This document shows positions 12,811 through 24,689 of a stretch of DNA of 64,000 bases, in pieces; position 1 is the first letter of the stretch, and each line of letters starts with the position of its first letter. The stretch covers positions 79,732,001 to 79,796,000 of the forward strand of contig OX597820.1 of the NCBI GenBank assembly GCA_951406725.2, in the 5' to 3' direction. Both the position numbers and the translations under genes were made by a program. The stretch is from Octopus vulgaris (Eukaryota). The notes under the pieces are model-generated. The model had not been told where the DNA came from. It worked only from the letters and a program-made list of their open reading frames with translations, and did no database searches.

Positions 12811-13347
12811 CATTATTCAGTTTATTTTAAGATTTCTTGCCAATGGAGAAAGAACCGGTTTCTAACCTAGATACAAGGCTCCTTCATTGGAATTTCCAAT
12901 ATCAGGGTATTTTTGTTTGTATGTATGTAGATATGTGGAGGCGCAATGGCCCAGTGGTTAGGGCAGCGGACTCGTGGTCGGAGGATCGTGGTTTCGATTC
13001 CCAGACCGGGCATTGTGTGTGTTTATTGAGCCCAAACACCTAAAGCTCCACGAGGCTCCGGCAGGGGGTGGTGGCGACCCCTGTTGTACTCATTCGCCCC
13101 AACTTTCTCTCACTCTTTCTTCTGTTTCTTAAGTAACGCTGCGATGGACTGGCGTCCCGTCCAGCTGGGGGGAACACATACGCCACAGAAACCGGGAAAC
13201 TGGGCCCATGAACCCGGCTAGACTTGAGAAGGGCGCATAAATAAAAAAAATGTAGATATGTATGAATGTATGTATGTATGTATGTATGTATGTGTAGATT
13301 TGTATGTTTTATGCATGTATTCTCATGCACATAGTTGTATATCTAGA
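12811..13347 (-). mobile_element. Second R4-type 3' UTR fragment, interrupted by a SINE
   Basis: 13294-13347 repeats 11154-11211, the sequence just downstream of the R4 ORF. Confidence 0.55.
12935..13250 (+). mobile_element. tRNA-derived SINE family C with TSD
   Basis: Head ggaggcgcaatggcccagtggttagggcagcggactc...ggtttcgattccc; A tail; TSD atgtagatatgt at 12925-12936 and 13250-13261. Confidence 0.85.
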
Positions 13348-13542
13348 TAAGTTGTCTGGAGGCCGTGGTTGAAGCCAATGGCTATTTTATTGAATAAATT
13401 TACTCTTTAGTATCTTAAGATATTTTTACGCAATTTTGGTAAATATAGCTGGTAAAATGAGATATCTGAGTTATTTTCATTAGACGACAATATATTTACC
13501 GCACCCTCTAATACACACACACACACACACACACACAGATAG

Positions 13543-13912
13543 GTTTGTAAAAGATGGAAGTGGAAATAGCTCAGAAGTTAGTCTAAACTATTTCAAGAGG
13601 GAATTTAGTAAAAAATAATTTAAAAAATTATATGAATAAAATATTACTGGTTTTGATGAATCTCATCTTATCAAATACCAATAAAAATTTATAAAAAATT
13701 GAAAACAGTTTATTTTCTCTCTGGGGGTTAAGAACATGTTTTTACTACAATTTCTTATAAATTTTTTACTGATATTTGATAAAATGAGATTCATCAAAAC
13801 TGGTATTATTTTCATCATATAATTTAAAAAATCATCTTTATTAAATTCCCTCTTAAATTGAAATGTCTTAGACTTACCTTCTGTGCTATTTCTACCTCCA
13901 TCTTTTATAAAT
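13543..13912. repeat. Imperfect fold-back inverted repeat, ~150-bp arms
   Basis: ctggttttgatgaatctcatcttatcaaatac vs gatatttgataaaatgagattcatcaaaactgg; aagagggaattta vs taaattccctctt. Confidence 0.8.
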
Positions 13913-13949
13913 AAAAAATTTGATTTGCATAGATTTCTAATGTTTTCCC

Positions 13950-14003
<54 letters not shown>

Positions 14004-14032
14004 TTTGAAAATGCAATTTAAACGATGTTTAT

Positions 14033-14077
14033 TTACTTAACCGGTTTCACTCTTTGGTAAAAGATTGTCAAAAGTAA
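14033..14077 (-). ncRNA. Minimal type I hammerhead-like ribozyme, U3:A8 core, in the sense 3' pLTR
   Basis: ttactt-TTGACAA-tcttt tacc aaaga gt-GAAA-ccgg-TT-aagtaa; 6-bp stem I; 2-nt bulge before GAAA. Confidence 0.7.
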
Positions 14078-14654
14078 CATTTAAGGAAACATTGAATAAT
14101 ATGGGTTCAAAAAAAGTTTTTTACATAATTGTCACATTGAATATTATGCATTCAAAAAAGTTTTTTACATAATTGTCACATTGGATATTATGAATTCAAA
14201 AATGTTTTTTTATACATAATTGTCACATTACATGTATAAATATAGTGTTTGGTAACAGAGAAGTTCAATAGTGTGATGAGAATATTTGGGAAAATTTGGC
14301 AGAAAAGGATAAAACAAATATATTATTGGGAATTGGTTGCGTTAATTATTGGTTGTCGCAAATTGTCACATTACATGTATATATATACAATCTTTGGTAT
14401 ATATATACAGCCTTTTGACAGCAAAAATTAAAATGGATTTTTTATACATCTCAGAATATTTTAAGTTCAAGGCGAGAATATGTTTTTACTGACCTGTCGG
14501 TATTAGCAGAAAGGCTGAACTGAGAGAAAAGAAGAAGTAGCCAATGTGGTGTATACTTCCCCTTTATGCATGAATGATTTTGGGGTTATCAGGAGGTTAG
14601 TATGCGGGTGTGAATAGATGTGTCCGTGCCTGCTGGTCAGATAGCGTCTGTTTG

Positions 14655-15464
14655 TCACACACATATATATATACACTCACACACACACACACAACAACAC
14701 ACACACACATAGTATACAAACACACACCACATACAAACAACACACACACACACACACAGAACACACACACCCACACACAACGCACCCACATATATCACAT
14801 ATACACACAGCACACAAATATAACATGTATCTATATATAACATACACAGATATATAACACACATACACACACACAACACACACACACACACACACACACA
14901 CAACACACGCACACATACATACATAATATAAATATCACACAAATACACCTAGCATATATATACACATACAATACACACATACAGCATGTAAATAATACAC
15001 ATACACAATATATGCATGCAATATACATACGCAATACATACATATAATATATATATATATAGACAATGCATATACATATATACATATATACATATAAATA
15101 GTGTTTACATACACATACATAGATGTACCACATATACACACAATATACATACATACAATGCATACACATACACGTACGCATACATATAATATATATACAC
15201 ACACACACACATAACATACATACACAATGCATACATATATATACATGCAATGCATATACATGTATTCATGCATATATAGCACACCTACAATATACATATA
15301 TACAATGCACACATACACACACATATATACACTTAATTGTACACATACATATACAATACACATACATACAATATCCATATACACAATGCGCATGCAAATA
15401 ATGTACATGTTTATACACACATAAACATGCAAATAAATATACACACACACACATACACACACAC

Positions 15465-15508
<44 letters not shown>

Positions 15509-15703
15509 ATACATACATACATGCACATACATATATTTTTTCACACACATACACACACATATATATATATATATATATAAAATTCACCCCCCCCCACACA
15601 CAAATTACAAACCTATAGCGTACACACTCAAATATATCTCTACATCACACACACACAAACAAAGTACTAACATATACACACATACCATGCATATACACAC
15701 ACA

Positions 15704-15740
<37 letters not shown>

Positions 15741-15945
15741 AAAACAAATACACATGTAAATACATACACACGTACACAATGCTCACACACACACACACAC
15801 ATACACACACACCCGCACACAGTGCACACACACACGCACACACACACACACACATATATATACACCCGCGCACACACACACACAACGTGCACACACACAC
15901 ACACACACAACACTCACACACATACATCACCTACATATATATAAT
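14655..15945. repeat. Cryptic (CA/TA)-rich microsatellite within the PLE 3' region
   Basis: Direct reading; lies between the endonuclease stop and the 3' pLTR. Confidence 0.9.
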
Positions 15946-16094
15946 GCATGCGTGTGCATGCCACGTATGTGTGCGGTCAATGCCCGCTAGTGTGTCCTAT
16001 GCGTGCCGATGCGCGCATGTGCCCGCCCGCACGATATGCTGTGAGCGTGCGCGCATCTCTGTGTGCTTGCTCTGGATGTGTTTCCAGGGTTATG

Positions 16095-18371
16095 TTAGAG
16101 TATGTTTAGTTGTGGTCTGTATTTTTGAATAAGATTACTTTCCTTATTTATTCGTGTTTGGTCTGTGGTGTTGTCCGAGCATTGGTATAGTGGGAAGACT
16201 AAGAATTTGGGGGACTTATTGTGTGCACAAAGGTCTAAGTGTCCACTTAGTGGTATCTGTCTTGTGGAGGGTCCCTCAGTTGTTGTCGGTGAACTGTCAT
16301 TCTTTCTCTGAGGATAAGGCTCGTTTGCCCTATGTAGTCTTCGTGGCATCCTTCACACCTTATGACGTAGAGTAAATTTTTTGATGCGCACGTGAAATTA
16401 TTTTTTATGATGAATGTGTGTCCCGAGTGGAACTTGTACGACGATCCCTCAATGAGGTGGATGCAGGTCTTGCAGTTGGGGCGACCACATTTTTTGATGG
16501 TGGGCGGTGGGTTTGTGTTGTGTAATTTTGCGTTGGTGAGGAGGTTTTTTAGGGATTTAGGTTGTCTCTTACTTTTTATTATTTTATGAGCTGCCGGTAT
16601 TTTTTTCAGGCGTGGGTCTTGATTTAGTTGTGGAATGTTGTTGTATATAATAGTGTAAGCTTCTGCATTCCTTGGGTTGTGTGTTGAGAGATAAGGGAGG
16701 CTATTTACTGTACTGTGGATGTGTTTGGGTTTTCGAAGGTCTTGAATGTTGATTGATTTGGCCCGTTCTATTCCGTTGTCTACTAGTGATGCCGGGTAAT
16801 GTCTTTCGAGAAGAATTGCCCTTAGTTCCCGGAGTCTTCTATTTCGTGTTGTGCCATTTGAGACAATAGTGCAGATTCTTCTCGCTAGGTTGAAGGGGAT
16901 ATTTGTCTTTGTGTGTTTTGGGTGATTGGAGGTGAATAGAAGGTATTGTTTAGAGTCAGTGGGTTTGTAATGGATGTCAGTTTCAATGTTGACGCCTTTT
17001 TTAATGATTAGGATGTCAAGAAAAGGGAGTTGGTCCTGACTATATTCCATTGTGAATTGAATGTTGTTATTTACACTGTTGATAAGGTTTTTGAAGTCTA
17101 TAAGTTGGTCGAGTGTGTGGGACCATAGGATGAGGCAATCATCTAAGTAGCGTTTCCAGTTCTCCAACAGGTATTTGTGGAAAGACTGGCCGTACTTATA
17201 TTTGGATTTTTCATAGATATGTGATTCCAGGTAGGCCATCACCAGGTTTGCATAGGTAGGTGCAACTTTCGTACCCATTGCAGTTCCTGAGACCTGTCTG
17301 TAAGTGTTGTTGTGGAAATACATGAAGTTGTTTTGCAGAATAAATTTGAGGCCCTCAATTATGAATTCTTTTTTAATTCTTTCCGGGATCTCATTGGGAT
17401 ATTTATCCAGCCAGAATTTAATGGCTTCCAGTCCATATTCATGTGGGATTGTGGTGTAAAGATTAATAACATCAAAAGAAACGATTAAGGTGTCTTTATC
17501 GGCATGTTTGGGGAGATGGTTTAATAGGTCCAGGTCATCTCTTACAATACTTGGAATGTGTTTCAGTATTGGCTTTAAGATGATATCTATAATGTTGCTA
17601 AGTCTGTGTGTTTCACAACTTGGGCCTGCCACTATTGGTCTCAGTTTGAGATCAGTGGGATGTGGTATAGTGATGCAGGTTGAAGTGGACTTTTTGCAAG
17701 CTTCTGTGATAATTTGACTCTTGTGTATTTTTGGAAGCCCATAGAGTGTGCTGGTTTTGCAATTAAATTTAGTAATGTAGTCGCATTCCTTTGCTGTCAA
17801 GTCATTCCGGTGTTGGTAAATGAGTGCCTTCAGATTGGTCATTGTTTTGGATTGCTGGTAGTCGACTACTCTTTCGTAGTATGTGGTATCCTCTAAAAGG
17901 AGAGATACAGAGTTTTTTATATGGCTCAGTATTCATAACAACGACCGTACTACCCTTATCAGCTTCCTTTATTGTGACGTCATGATTGTCTCGTAGCGTA
18001 TGGATGATTTCCCATCCTCTTTTACTGGTGTTGGGTTTGAGTTTAGGTTGTGGGAGTTCACCATAAGGGAAGTTGGAGATGTAATCGCAAAATTTGTCTA
18101 AGGTTTTGTTTTTGCCTTTTATGGGATTATAGTTGCTTTTGTTACAGACCATTGATTCGTCGTTATTATTAGTTTTCCTGTCAAAAAATTCCTCTGTGAG
18201 GCGTAATTTTCTGCAAAAGTGCGAGATGTCATCCTGTATTTCCCTCAGGTTAGGGTATTGCGGAGTTGGGGTGAATTTTAGTCCTCTTGAAAGGATTTTT
18301 ATTTGTGGTGTCGACAGGTTTAGGTTAGAAAGATTCACTATTTTTGGTTTTTCGGGGTTGGTATCTACCAT
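16095..18371 (-). pseudogene. PLE polyprotein: N-terminal domain, reverse transcriptase, Cys-rich linker, GIY-YIG endonuclease; two frameshifts (~17890, ~16270)
   Basis: IVNLS..ILSRGLKFTPTP; LRPIVAG; SFDVINLYTTIPH; YRQVSGTAMGTKVAPTYANL; WKRYLDDC; LPFLDI; CGRPNCKTC; LLYVIRC..YIGQT..LRERM..H; C-terminus ..KESNLIQKYRPQLN in ORF 16095-16349. Confidence 0.92.
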
Positions 18372-19120
18372 CTGGTGTCGTGGAAACTGATGCCCTTGCC
18401 TAAAAAAGGAATCCTGGGGGTTCTTCTATTTGCGGTATTTTGCTGTATGTGATTCTGTCCCCCGTTGACATGTCTGTTGAAGAGGTTTTGGTTGTTGTGA
18501 TTCTGTCCCCCGTTGCTATGTTGTCTGTTGAGGAGGTTTTGGTTGTTCCAGGGTCTGGGTTGTTGGTGTGGCCTCCTGGAAGAGTTTTGGTTATTCCAGG
18601 GTTTGGGTTGTTTGTCCTGGGTGTAATGTTGGTTCCTTAGAGTGGGTTGGAAACTATATTCATGGTTTAGAAGTGAATTCCTATATGTTGGGGGAGAACT
18701 CTGAGTTAGGAGCGGTTTGGGTTGGAATCTACAATCATAGTTCAGAGATGGGTTTCTAAGTGATGGGTAGGATCTCCGAATCTGGAACGGTTCTTGTGTG
18801 GGTTGGGGTCTACGTTGTCTGGTAAAGTTTTGTCGTGTGATGATGGGTGTCTCGGTTCTTTTGATGGGATTGTAGTGCTGTCTGTAAGTTCTGTTGTTGT
18901 TGTTGTCGATGTTAGGGGTGGTGTGTGTTCGGTGTTTTGTGGTTGGTTTTCTTTGTTTTTGGCGAGGGGTGTGAGTTGAAGTAGATATTTTAAAATATGG
19001 GTTGCTTGAAAGGTGTTCCTTTGTGAACTCTGTTTCATAATTGGTGAACCAGCTGTTTTTTTCCATTCGCTGGAGGGATGTTATTTCTTCATCCTCGCAG
19101 TTTTTTCTCCAGAGTTTGGT
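18365..19120 (-). CDS. Upstream ORF of the PLE (N/Q/R/P-rich, repetitive), 5'-truncated by the inverted pLTR
   Basis: About 250 open codons with QPKPWNNQN / QPRPWNNQN / GGQNHNNQN repeats; the annotated start lies inside the inverted repeat. Confidence 0.55.
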   Translation of the reverse strand, partial: TKLWRKNCEDEEITSLQRMEKNSWFTNYETEFTKEHLSSNPYFKISTSTHTPRQKQRKPTTKHRTHTTPNIDNNNNRTYRQHYNPIKRTETPIITRQNFTRQRRPQPTQEPFQIRRSYPSLRNPSLNYDCRFQPKPLLTQSSPPTYRNSLLNHEYSFQPTLRNQHYTQDKQPKPWNNQNSSRRPHQQPRPWNNQNLLNRQHSNGGQNHNNQNLFNRHVNGGQNHIQQNTANRRTPRIPFLGKGISFHDTRW

Positions 19121-19687
19121 GCTATCTGACCAGCAGGCACGGACACATCTATTCACACCCGCATACTAACCTCCTGATAACCCCAAAATCATTCATGCAT
19201 AAAGGGGAAGTATACACCACATTGGCTACTTCTTCTTTTCTCTCAGTTCAGCCTTTCTGCTAATACCGACAGGTCAGTAAAAACATATTCTCGCCTTGAA
19301 CTTAAAATATTCTGAGATGTATAAAAAATCCATTTTAATTTTTGCTGTCAAAAGGCTGTATATATATACCAAAGATTGTATATATATACATGTAATGTGA
19401 CAATTTGCGACAACCAATAATTAACGCAACCAATTCCCAATAATATATTTGTTTTATCCTTTTCTGCCAAATTTTCCCAAATATTCTCATCACACTATTG
19501 AACTTCTCTGTTACCAAACACTATATTTATACATGTAATGTGACAATTATGTATAAAAAAACATTTTTGAATTCATTAATATCCAATGTGACAATTATGT
19601 AAAAAACTTTTTGAATGCATATATTCAATGTGACAATTATGTAAAAAACTTTTTTTGAACCCATATTATTCAATGTTTCCTTAAATG

Positions 19688-19732
19688 TTACTTTTGACAA
19701 TCTTTTACCAAAGAGTGAAACCGGTTAAGTAA
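19688..19732 (+). ncRNA. Minimal type I hammerhead-like ribozyme, U3:A8 core, in the inverted pLTR
   Basis: Exact inverted copy of 14033-14077. Confidence 0.7.
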
Positions 19733-19796
19733 ATAAACATCGTTTAAATTGCATTTTCAAACCTTTTTTCTTATATAATCCCACTCGTGCGATACC

Positions 19797-19871
<75 letters not shown>

Positions 19872-19875
19872 CGTA

Positions 19876-21543
19876 TATAAAATTATAAATTAAGGTATCT
19901 ACGAGATACCACCATGCTGAAAATAGCAGACATGATCTGACTTCATAAATGCAAAGTCAGAAATCCAGATCTAGAATTATCCTGTAATTTTTTACTAGTT
20001 TCATATTGTCTCTTTGTTTTCTCTCCGTGTTGATATATGGACAATTTGGGTGGTTTTAAAGTCAGATCATGGCTGCTATTTTCAGTACGGTGGTATCTCG
20101 TAGATACCCTAATTTATAATTTTTAATAATGAATTGAAGATTAATCTTGTAGCAGATTAATCAAAAGTTGACAAAAATCACAGCAGAAGACACACGGTTG
20201 GAAGATGCGTTGAACAGAAATCGTTTTATTTCATTCTACACGTGTTTCGAAAGGCACAATTTACCAAAATCCGATTGAATAATGAGACCATATTGTGTCT
20301 TTCTCTTCAGGAAGAAATAGGAAATCCGTTGGAAAAAACAAAAACAGAACAGAGGCGGAGCAAAACAAATCGAACTAGGCTCCTAAGAGCCCATGGCCAA
20401 ACTGTTTATCAGTGTATGTTGAGAACGGGTGGTGGGTGCGTTGAAGATTTTAACGGGTCAGGCAGCGGTCATTTCGGTGGGTGAGGGCACGGGATGTGTA
20501 GATATTCTTTGTGACCGAGAGTAAAGTTCTGACTATTTAAAGAATATTAGATGTATTATATGGGGCGAGACAAAATCTACTTAGAGACATGTGTGTGTTT
20601 ACTGTTCTATATATGTGTGCTGGCGCAAGTTGGTAAGAAGCGCTATTTTCTGGTCACTGCTGAGAACTCCGTCAAGGGGTAGAAAACATGTGTGCGTTTG
20701 ATCGCGTGGCTGTCAGTTGTTAAACAGCTCTACACAATGGTCACTGCAGTAAGAACCGTCGGGCGGCAGAAAAATATTTTATGTTTTATGTGTGCGTGTG
20801 TTCGTCTAATCATGCCTTGTCAAAGAAACCCCCGTCGTCAAAAACAAAGCCCCATTCATCTCACAGGGGTAATTCCCCTTGCAATGGTTAATCATATTTC
20901 TCTGAAAGGCCTTTTCAGAATTTATCACCAAGGGCTATTTTCATATAAGTAGTGTAACCGGGTGCAGGTATTATTTATAAGCGTTATTTATAAGCAAGAT
21001 AAGTATAACGCCGCCAATGGGGGCATCGAAAAGCCGACTGTAAAAGTCCGTTTGCCATCCGGTCTCTGGCGAACAATATATGGAAGAGTTCGGAGACACA
21101 AAGGTTGCACTTCCTTCTGCCCCTATCAAATGGGAGGGCCACCGACAAAATTGACCATTCCAGCCTGTAGCTTGAGTTTCTAAGTAGATTTTGTCTCGCC
21201 CCATATAATACATCCAATATTCTTTAAATAGTCAGAACTTTACTCTCGGTCACAAAGAACATCTACACACCCCGTGCCCTCACTCACCGAAATGACCGCT
21301 GCCTGACCCGTTAAAATCTTCAACGCACCCACCACCCGTTTTTCAACATACACTGATAAACAGTTTGGCCATGGGCTCTTAGGAGCCTAGTTCGATTTGT
21401 TTTGCTCCGCCTCTGTTCTGTTTTTGTTTTTTCCAACGGATTTCCTATTTCTTCCTGAAGAGAAAGACACAATATGGTCTCATTATTCAATCGGAATTTT
21501 GGTAAATTGTGCCTTTCGTTCAGCTCCATTTCTTCAATTCACT

Positions 21544-21550
<7 letters not shown>
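19876..21550 (-). mobile_element. Non-autonomous PLE/retrozyme-like element with two inverted repeat pairs, in (TA)n
   Basis: 20248-20585 inverted at 21179-21518; 19876-19943 inverted at 20059-20125; HHR present; no RT coding seen. Confidence 0.8.
20229..20318 (-). ncRNA. Type I hammerhead ribozyme, canonical core
   Basis: (atttc)ttc-CTGAAGA-gaaag...ctttc-GAAA-cacgtg-TA-gaa(tgaaat); GUA site; palindromic stem III. Confidence 0.85.
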
Positions 21551-21602
<52 letters not shown>

Positions 21603-21709
21603 CATATTTATACACGTAAAAATAGAACAACACTGATACATACTCTCACACTCGCATTTATTTATATATGTGCCTTGTACATATGTATACGTGCACGAAT
21701 GTACGTCTA

Positions 21710-22330
21710 TGTCAGGTCGCTCTTGAGTGCTACAGGTAAAATGTAACCCAATACGTCTTGTTGCATAGCCGGGTCGTTGGTGCCTAAAACGCCAATAAAG
21801 CTAAACATGCTTGGTGAGTTGGATATTTTTGGGACTGCTACCGCTATAAAAGACAAGCCCCGTCAAATGGTGGATGAAGTCAGGAGAGGCAATAGACATC
21901 TAATTAAAACTATCGGCTCAGAGGCCCCCCCTACTGACGTCACAGAATCCTTATAGAAGAGGGACACTTTAATGTAAAAGCCGAGGTTTCACCGATTATT
22001 GGTCATCTCGCTTCGGTCTGTCACTAGTTACTAATCACGGACGTAGAGAATGGCACTCGTGTTGTACTTATAATGCAATGACGTAGAGATGTTCTTTTAT
22101 GCTGATCTCCCTTGTCATTCCGTCTACTGAAAGTCTTGTGATGATGGAAGCAAGGCGACACATACAGACCTACCTAGTTGTAAGCGCACAGTTATGCAGA
22201 TATGTAGGAGGGTTGAATAATCATCTAAGAAGTCATGGACGGAAAGTCAGAAATGCCGTTGACGATGGGAAAGCACAAAGAAACGGCAATCGTCTGTGAA
22301 CATGTAACAATCAACATGTATGTGTGAGAT
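21710..22330 (+). mobile_element. Internally deleted RTE-like element (5' UTR-like part plus 3' end)
   Basis: 3' part shows gacgtagagaatgg (DRxxW-like) and GGLNNHLRSH zinc-finger remnant typical of RTE C-termini. Confidence 0.5.
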
Positions 22331-22569
22331 GAGGAAAGGAAATGTGTGAAGTAGCCACATTAAACATCTCATGTCGATAAGTGATATAAAGACGTCTTTC
22401 CACACACTGCCCACAATTGTCTGCTTATAAATACACACGCACATGTGGAATATTTACATATTTACACACATTCATTAGTTTTACACACACACACACGCAT
22501 ACACTTACTGGTCTGCTAATTTATACGTGTTGATATATGAACAGAAATATGAATGATAAATGGATGTGA

Positions 22570-22960
22570 GTGGAGGCGCAATGGCCCAGTGGTTAAGGCA
22601 GCGGACTCGCGGTCATAGGATCGCGGTTTCGATTCCCAGACCGGGCGTTGTGAGAGTTTTTTGAGCGAAAACACCTAAAAGCTCCACGAGGCTCCGGCAG
22701 GGGATGGTGGTGATCCCTGCTGTACTCTTTCACCACAACTTTCTCTCACTCTTACTTCCTTTTTCTGTTGTATCTGTATTTCAAAGGGCCGGCCTTGTCA
22801 CTCTCTGTGTCACGCTGAATATCCCCGAGAACTACGTTAAGGGTACACGTGTCTGTGGAGTGCTCAGCCACTTACACGTTAATTTCACGAGCAGGCTGTT
22901 CCGTTGATTCGAATCAACCGGAACCCTCGTCGTCGTAACCGACGGAGTGCTTCCATCATC
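22570..22960 (+). mobile_element. SINE family C, full-length, 12-bp TSD
   Basis: tRNA head; TSD aaatggatgtga at 22558-22569 and 22961-22972; close match to 37413-37801. Confidence 0.9.
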
Positions 22961-23224
22961 AAATGGATGTGAATGAACGTGCATTTATCGATTTTTTTGT
23001 GTTAATTTGTCTGTGTATATATCTATTTGTCTGTCTTTACATATTTGCTTCTCTCTCTTTCTCTCTTACTCTCTCTATATGCATGTATATATATGTACAC
23101 ACACATACACATGCACACAAATATGCACGCGCACACATACATACACACATTAATATAATCAAGCACACACGCACACGCGCGCGCTCATAAATTGTTTGAC
23201 TTTCTGAGACGAGAATTCATCATT

Positions 23225-23845
23225 ATGCATGTGTGGTAAAAAAACTTGCTTCCCAACCTCAGGGATCCGGGTTCAGCCCCAGTGCGTGGTAATTTGGGCA
23301 AGTGTCTTCCACTATAGCCTTGGGCCGACCAAAACCTTGAGAATGGATTTAGTAGACGGAAACTGAAAGAAGCCCATCGTATATGTGTGTATGTATGTAT
23401 GTTTGTATGTATGTATGTATGTATGTATGTATGTATGCATGTATGTATGTATGTGTGTGTGTGTGTGTGGGTATGTGTCTTTGCGTTTGTGCTTGTCTCC
23501 CCATCACCGTTTTATAACCGGTATTGGTGCGTTTACGTCCGCATAAATTTAGTGGGTTCCAGTTGATCTGATGAACAGAACAAACTGCTCATGAAATTAA
23601 CATGCAAGTGGCTGAGTACTCCACAGACACGCGTAACCTTAAAGTGAGATCCAGCATGACGCAGAATGTGACAACGCTGGCCCCTTTTGAATTACAGGTA
23701 TAACTCATATTTGTCAACTGAGTGAACTGGAGTAACAAGAACTAAAGTGTCTTGCTCAAGGACGCAATGCGTCATTAGGATTCGAACTCACAACCTTACG
23801 ATAGCGAACCGAATATCCCTAACCACTAAGCCACGCGCCTTCACA
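23225..23845. mobile_element. SINE family B (plus, 23225-23550) abutting a family D-like SINE (minus, 23555-23845)
   Basis: Similarity to other copies; minus-strand head aaggcgcgtggcttagtggttaggg...gagttcgaatcc. Confidence 0.75.
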
Positions 23846-24689
23846 TTGGTTTCCTACAGACCACGAGCATACACCCGAACACAGGATTTTTTCTGGAGTT
23901 ACCGCATTTGAAGCCACATAAGGGACACTATTTTTCAAAAAAAAAAATCTCCCAGGCCCTAAATGGATAGTTGGGCCTATATTACATACTTTAGTGCTCT
24001 AAAAACATTTTAAACCTGAATATGCGCTGCTGAAATTGGGGTGCGTCCTTTATGGCATCAAATACACTGTATTTATTGTCTCATTTAATTTCATTTGAAT
24101 CCACAGAATACATTCTCGAAGTTTCAAACTCACAGGTAGATCATTTTGAAGTTTTAAACTTACAGGAACTTACAGGTAGACCGCTTTATTAACAACAAGA
24201 AAGTTATGTAAACATCAGCCAGATTTGATCCCAGAACATAAACACTGCTGGTCCAAAACCTGCTGAACGGATCCGCCCCTGATATTACATTTACACATCT
24301 AAAAGGCATAATTTTCCCATTACGCTTATCTTTGATATTTCAAGTATGTTTGCTCGTTCTGTGAACAGACGGGGATGTAACCACAAAAACACCCGATTCG
24401 TCTATATATTTACTCTAAAATCTTTGAGACTTGCCATTGAAGCCATCAGCTGCATACATAATACATAATTGCCGGCCGTGTGCCAAAATTTGAAACAGTT
24501 ATTAATTAAACTATTACACACAATTACAACGCATATAATAATTATTTGTACAACTAAATATTTTCTCCTTTATTTATTAATTTACTTGGCCTACTTACGT
24601 TAATTAATAATTATTCATTTCGTTAATCATTTGTTTGATCAGCTGTTTAATTAGTTATTTACTTCGCATTTTCAGAATTTTTCTTGAAC

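Larger units (their letters stand above)
13996..19798 (-). mobile_element. Penelope-like retroelement, Neptune-type, with ~650-bp terminal inverted pLTRs, inserted in (TA)n
   Basis: RT + GIY-YIG ORF; 13996-14645 is the near-identical reverse complement of 19121-19769 (identical 60-aa ORFs at 14249+ and 19335-); (TA)n at both ends. Confidence 0.95.

Noticed and set aside
12845-12900. Minus-strand GAAA-ccgg-TT with upstream CCAAUGA as a hammerhead
   Set aside because: The core lacks U4/G5 and stem I does not pair; it lies in an R4-type 3' UTR
12935-13010. tRNA genes at SINE heads (also 22570, 37730, 1140, 7424)
   Set aside because: A/B boxes are present but there is no complete cloverleaf; they continue into SINE bodies, several with TSDs
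13996-19769. DNA transposon or Polinton suggested by long terminal inverted repeats
   Set aside because: The internal ORF is a PLE RT plus GIY-YIG with no transposase or integrase; the repeats are the element's own 3' end
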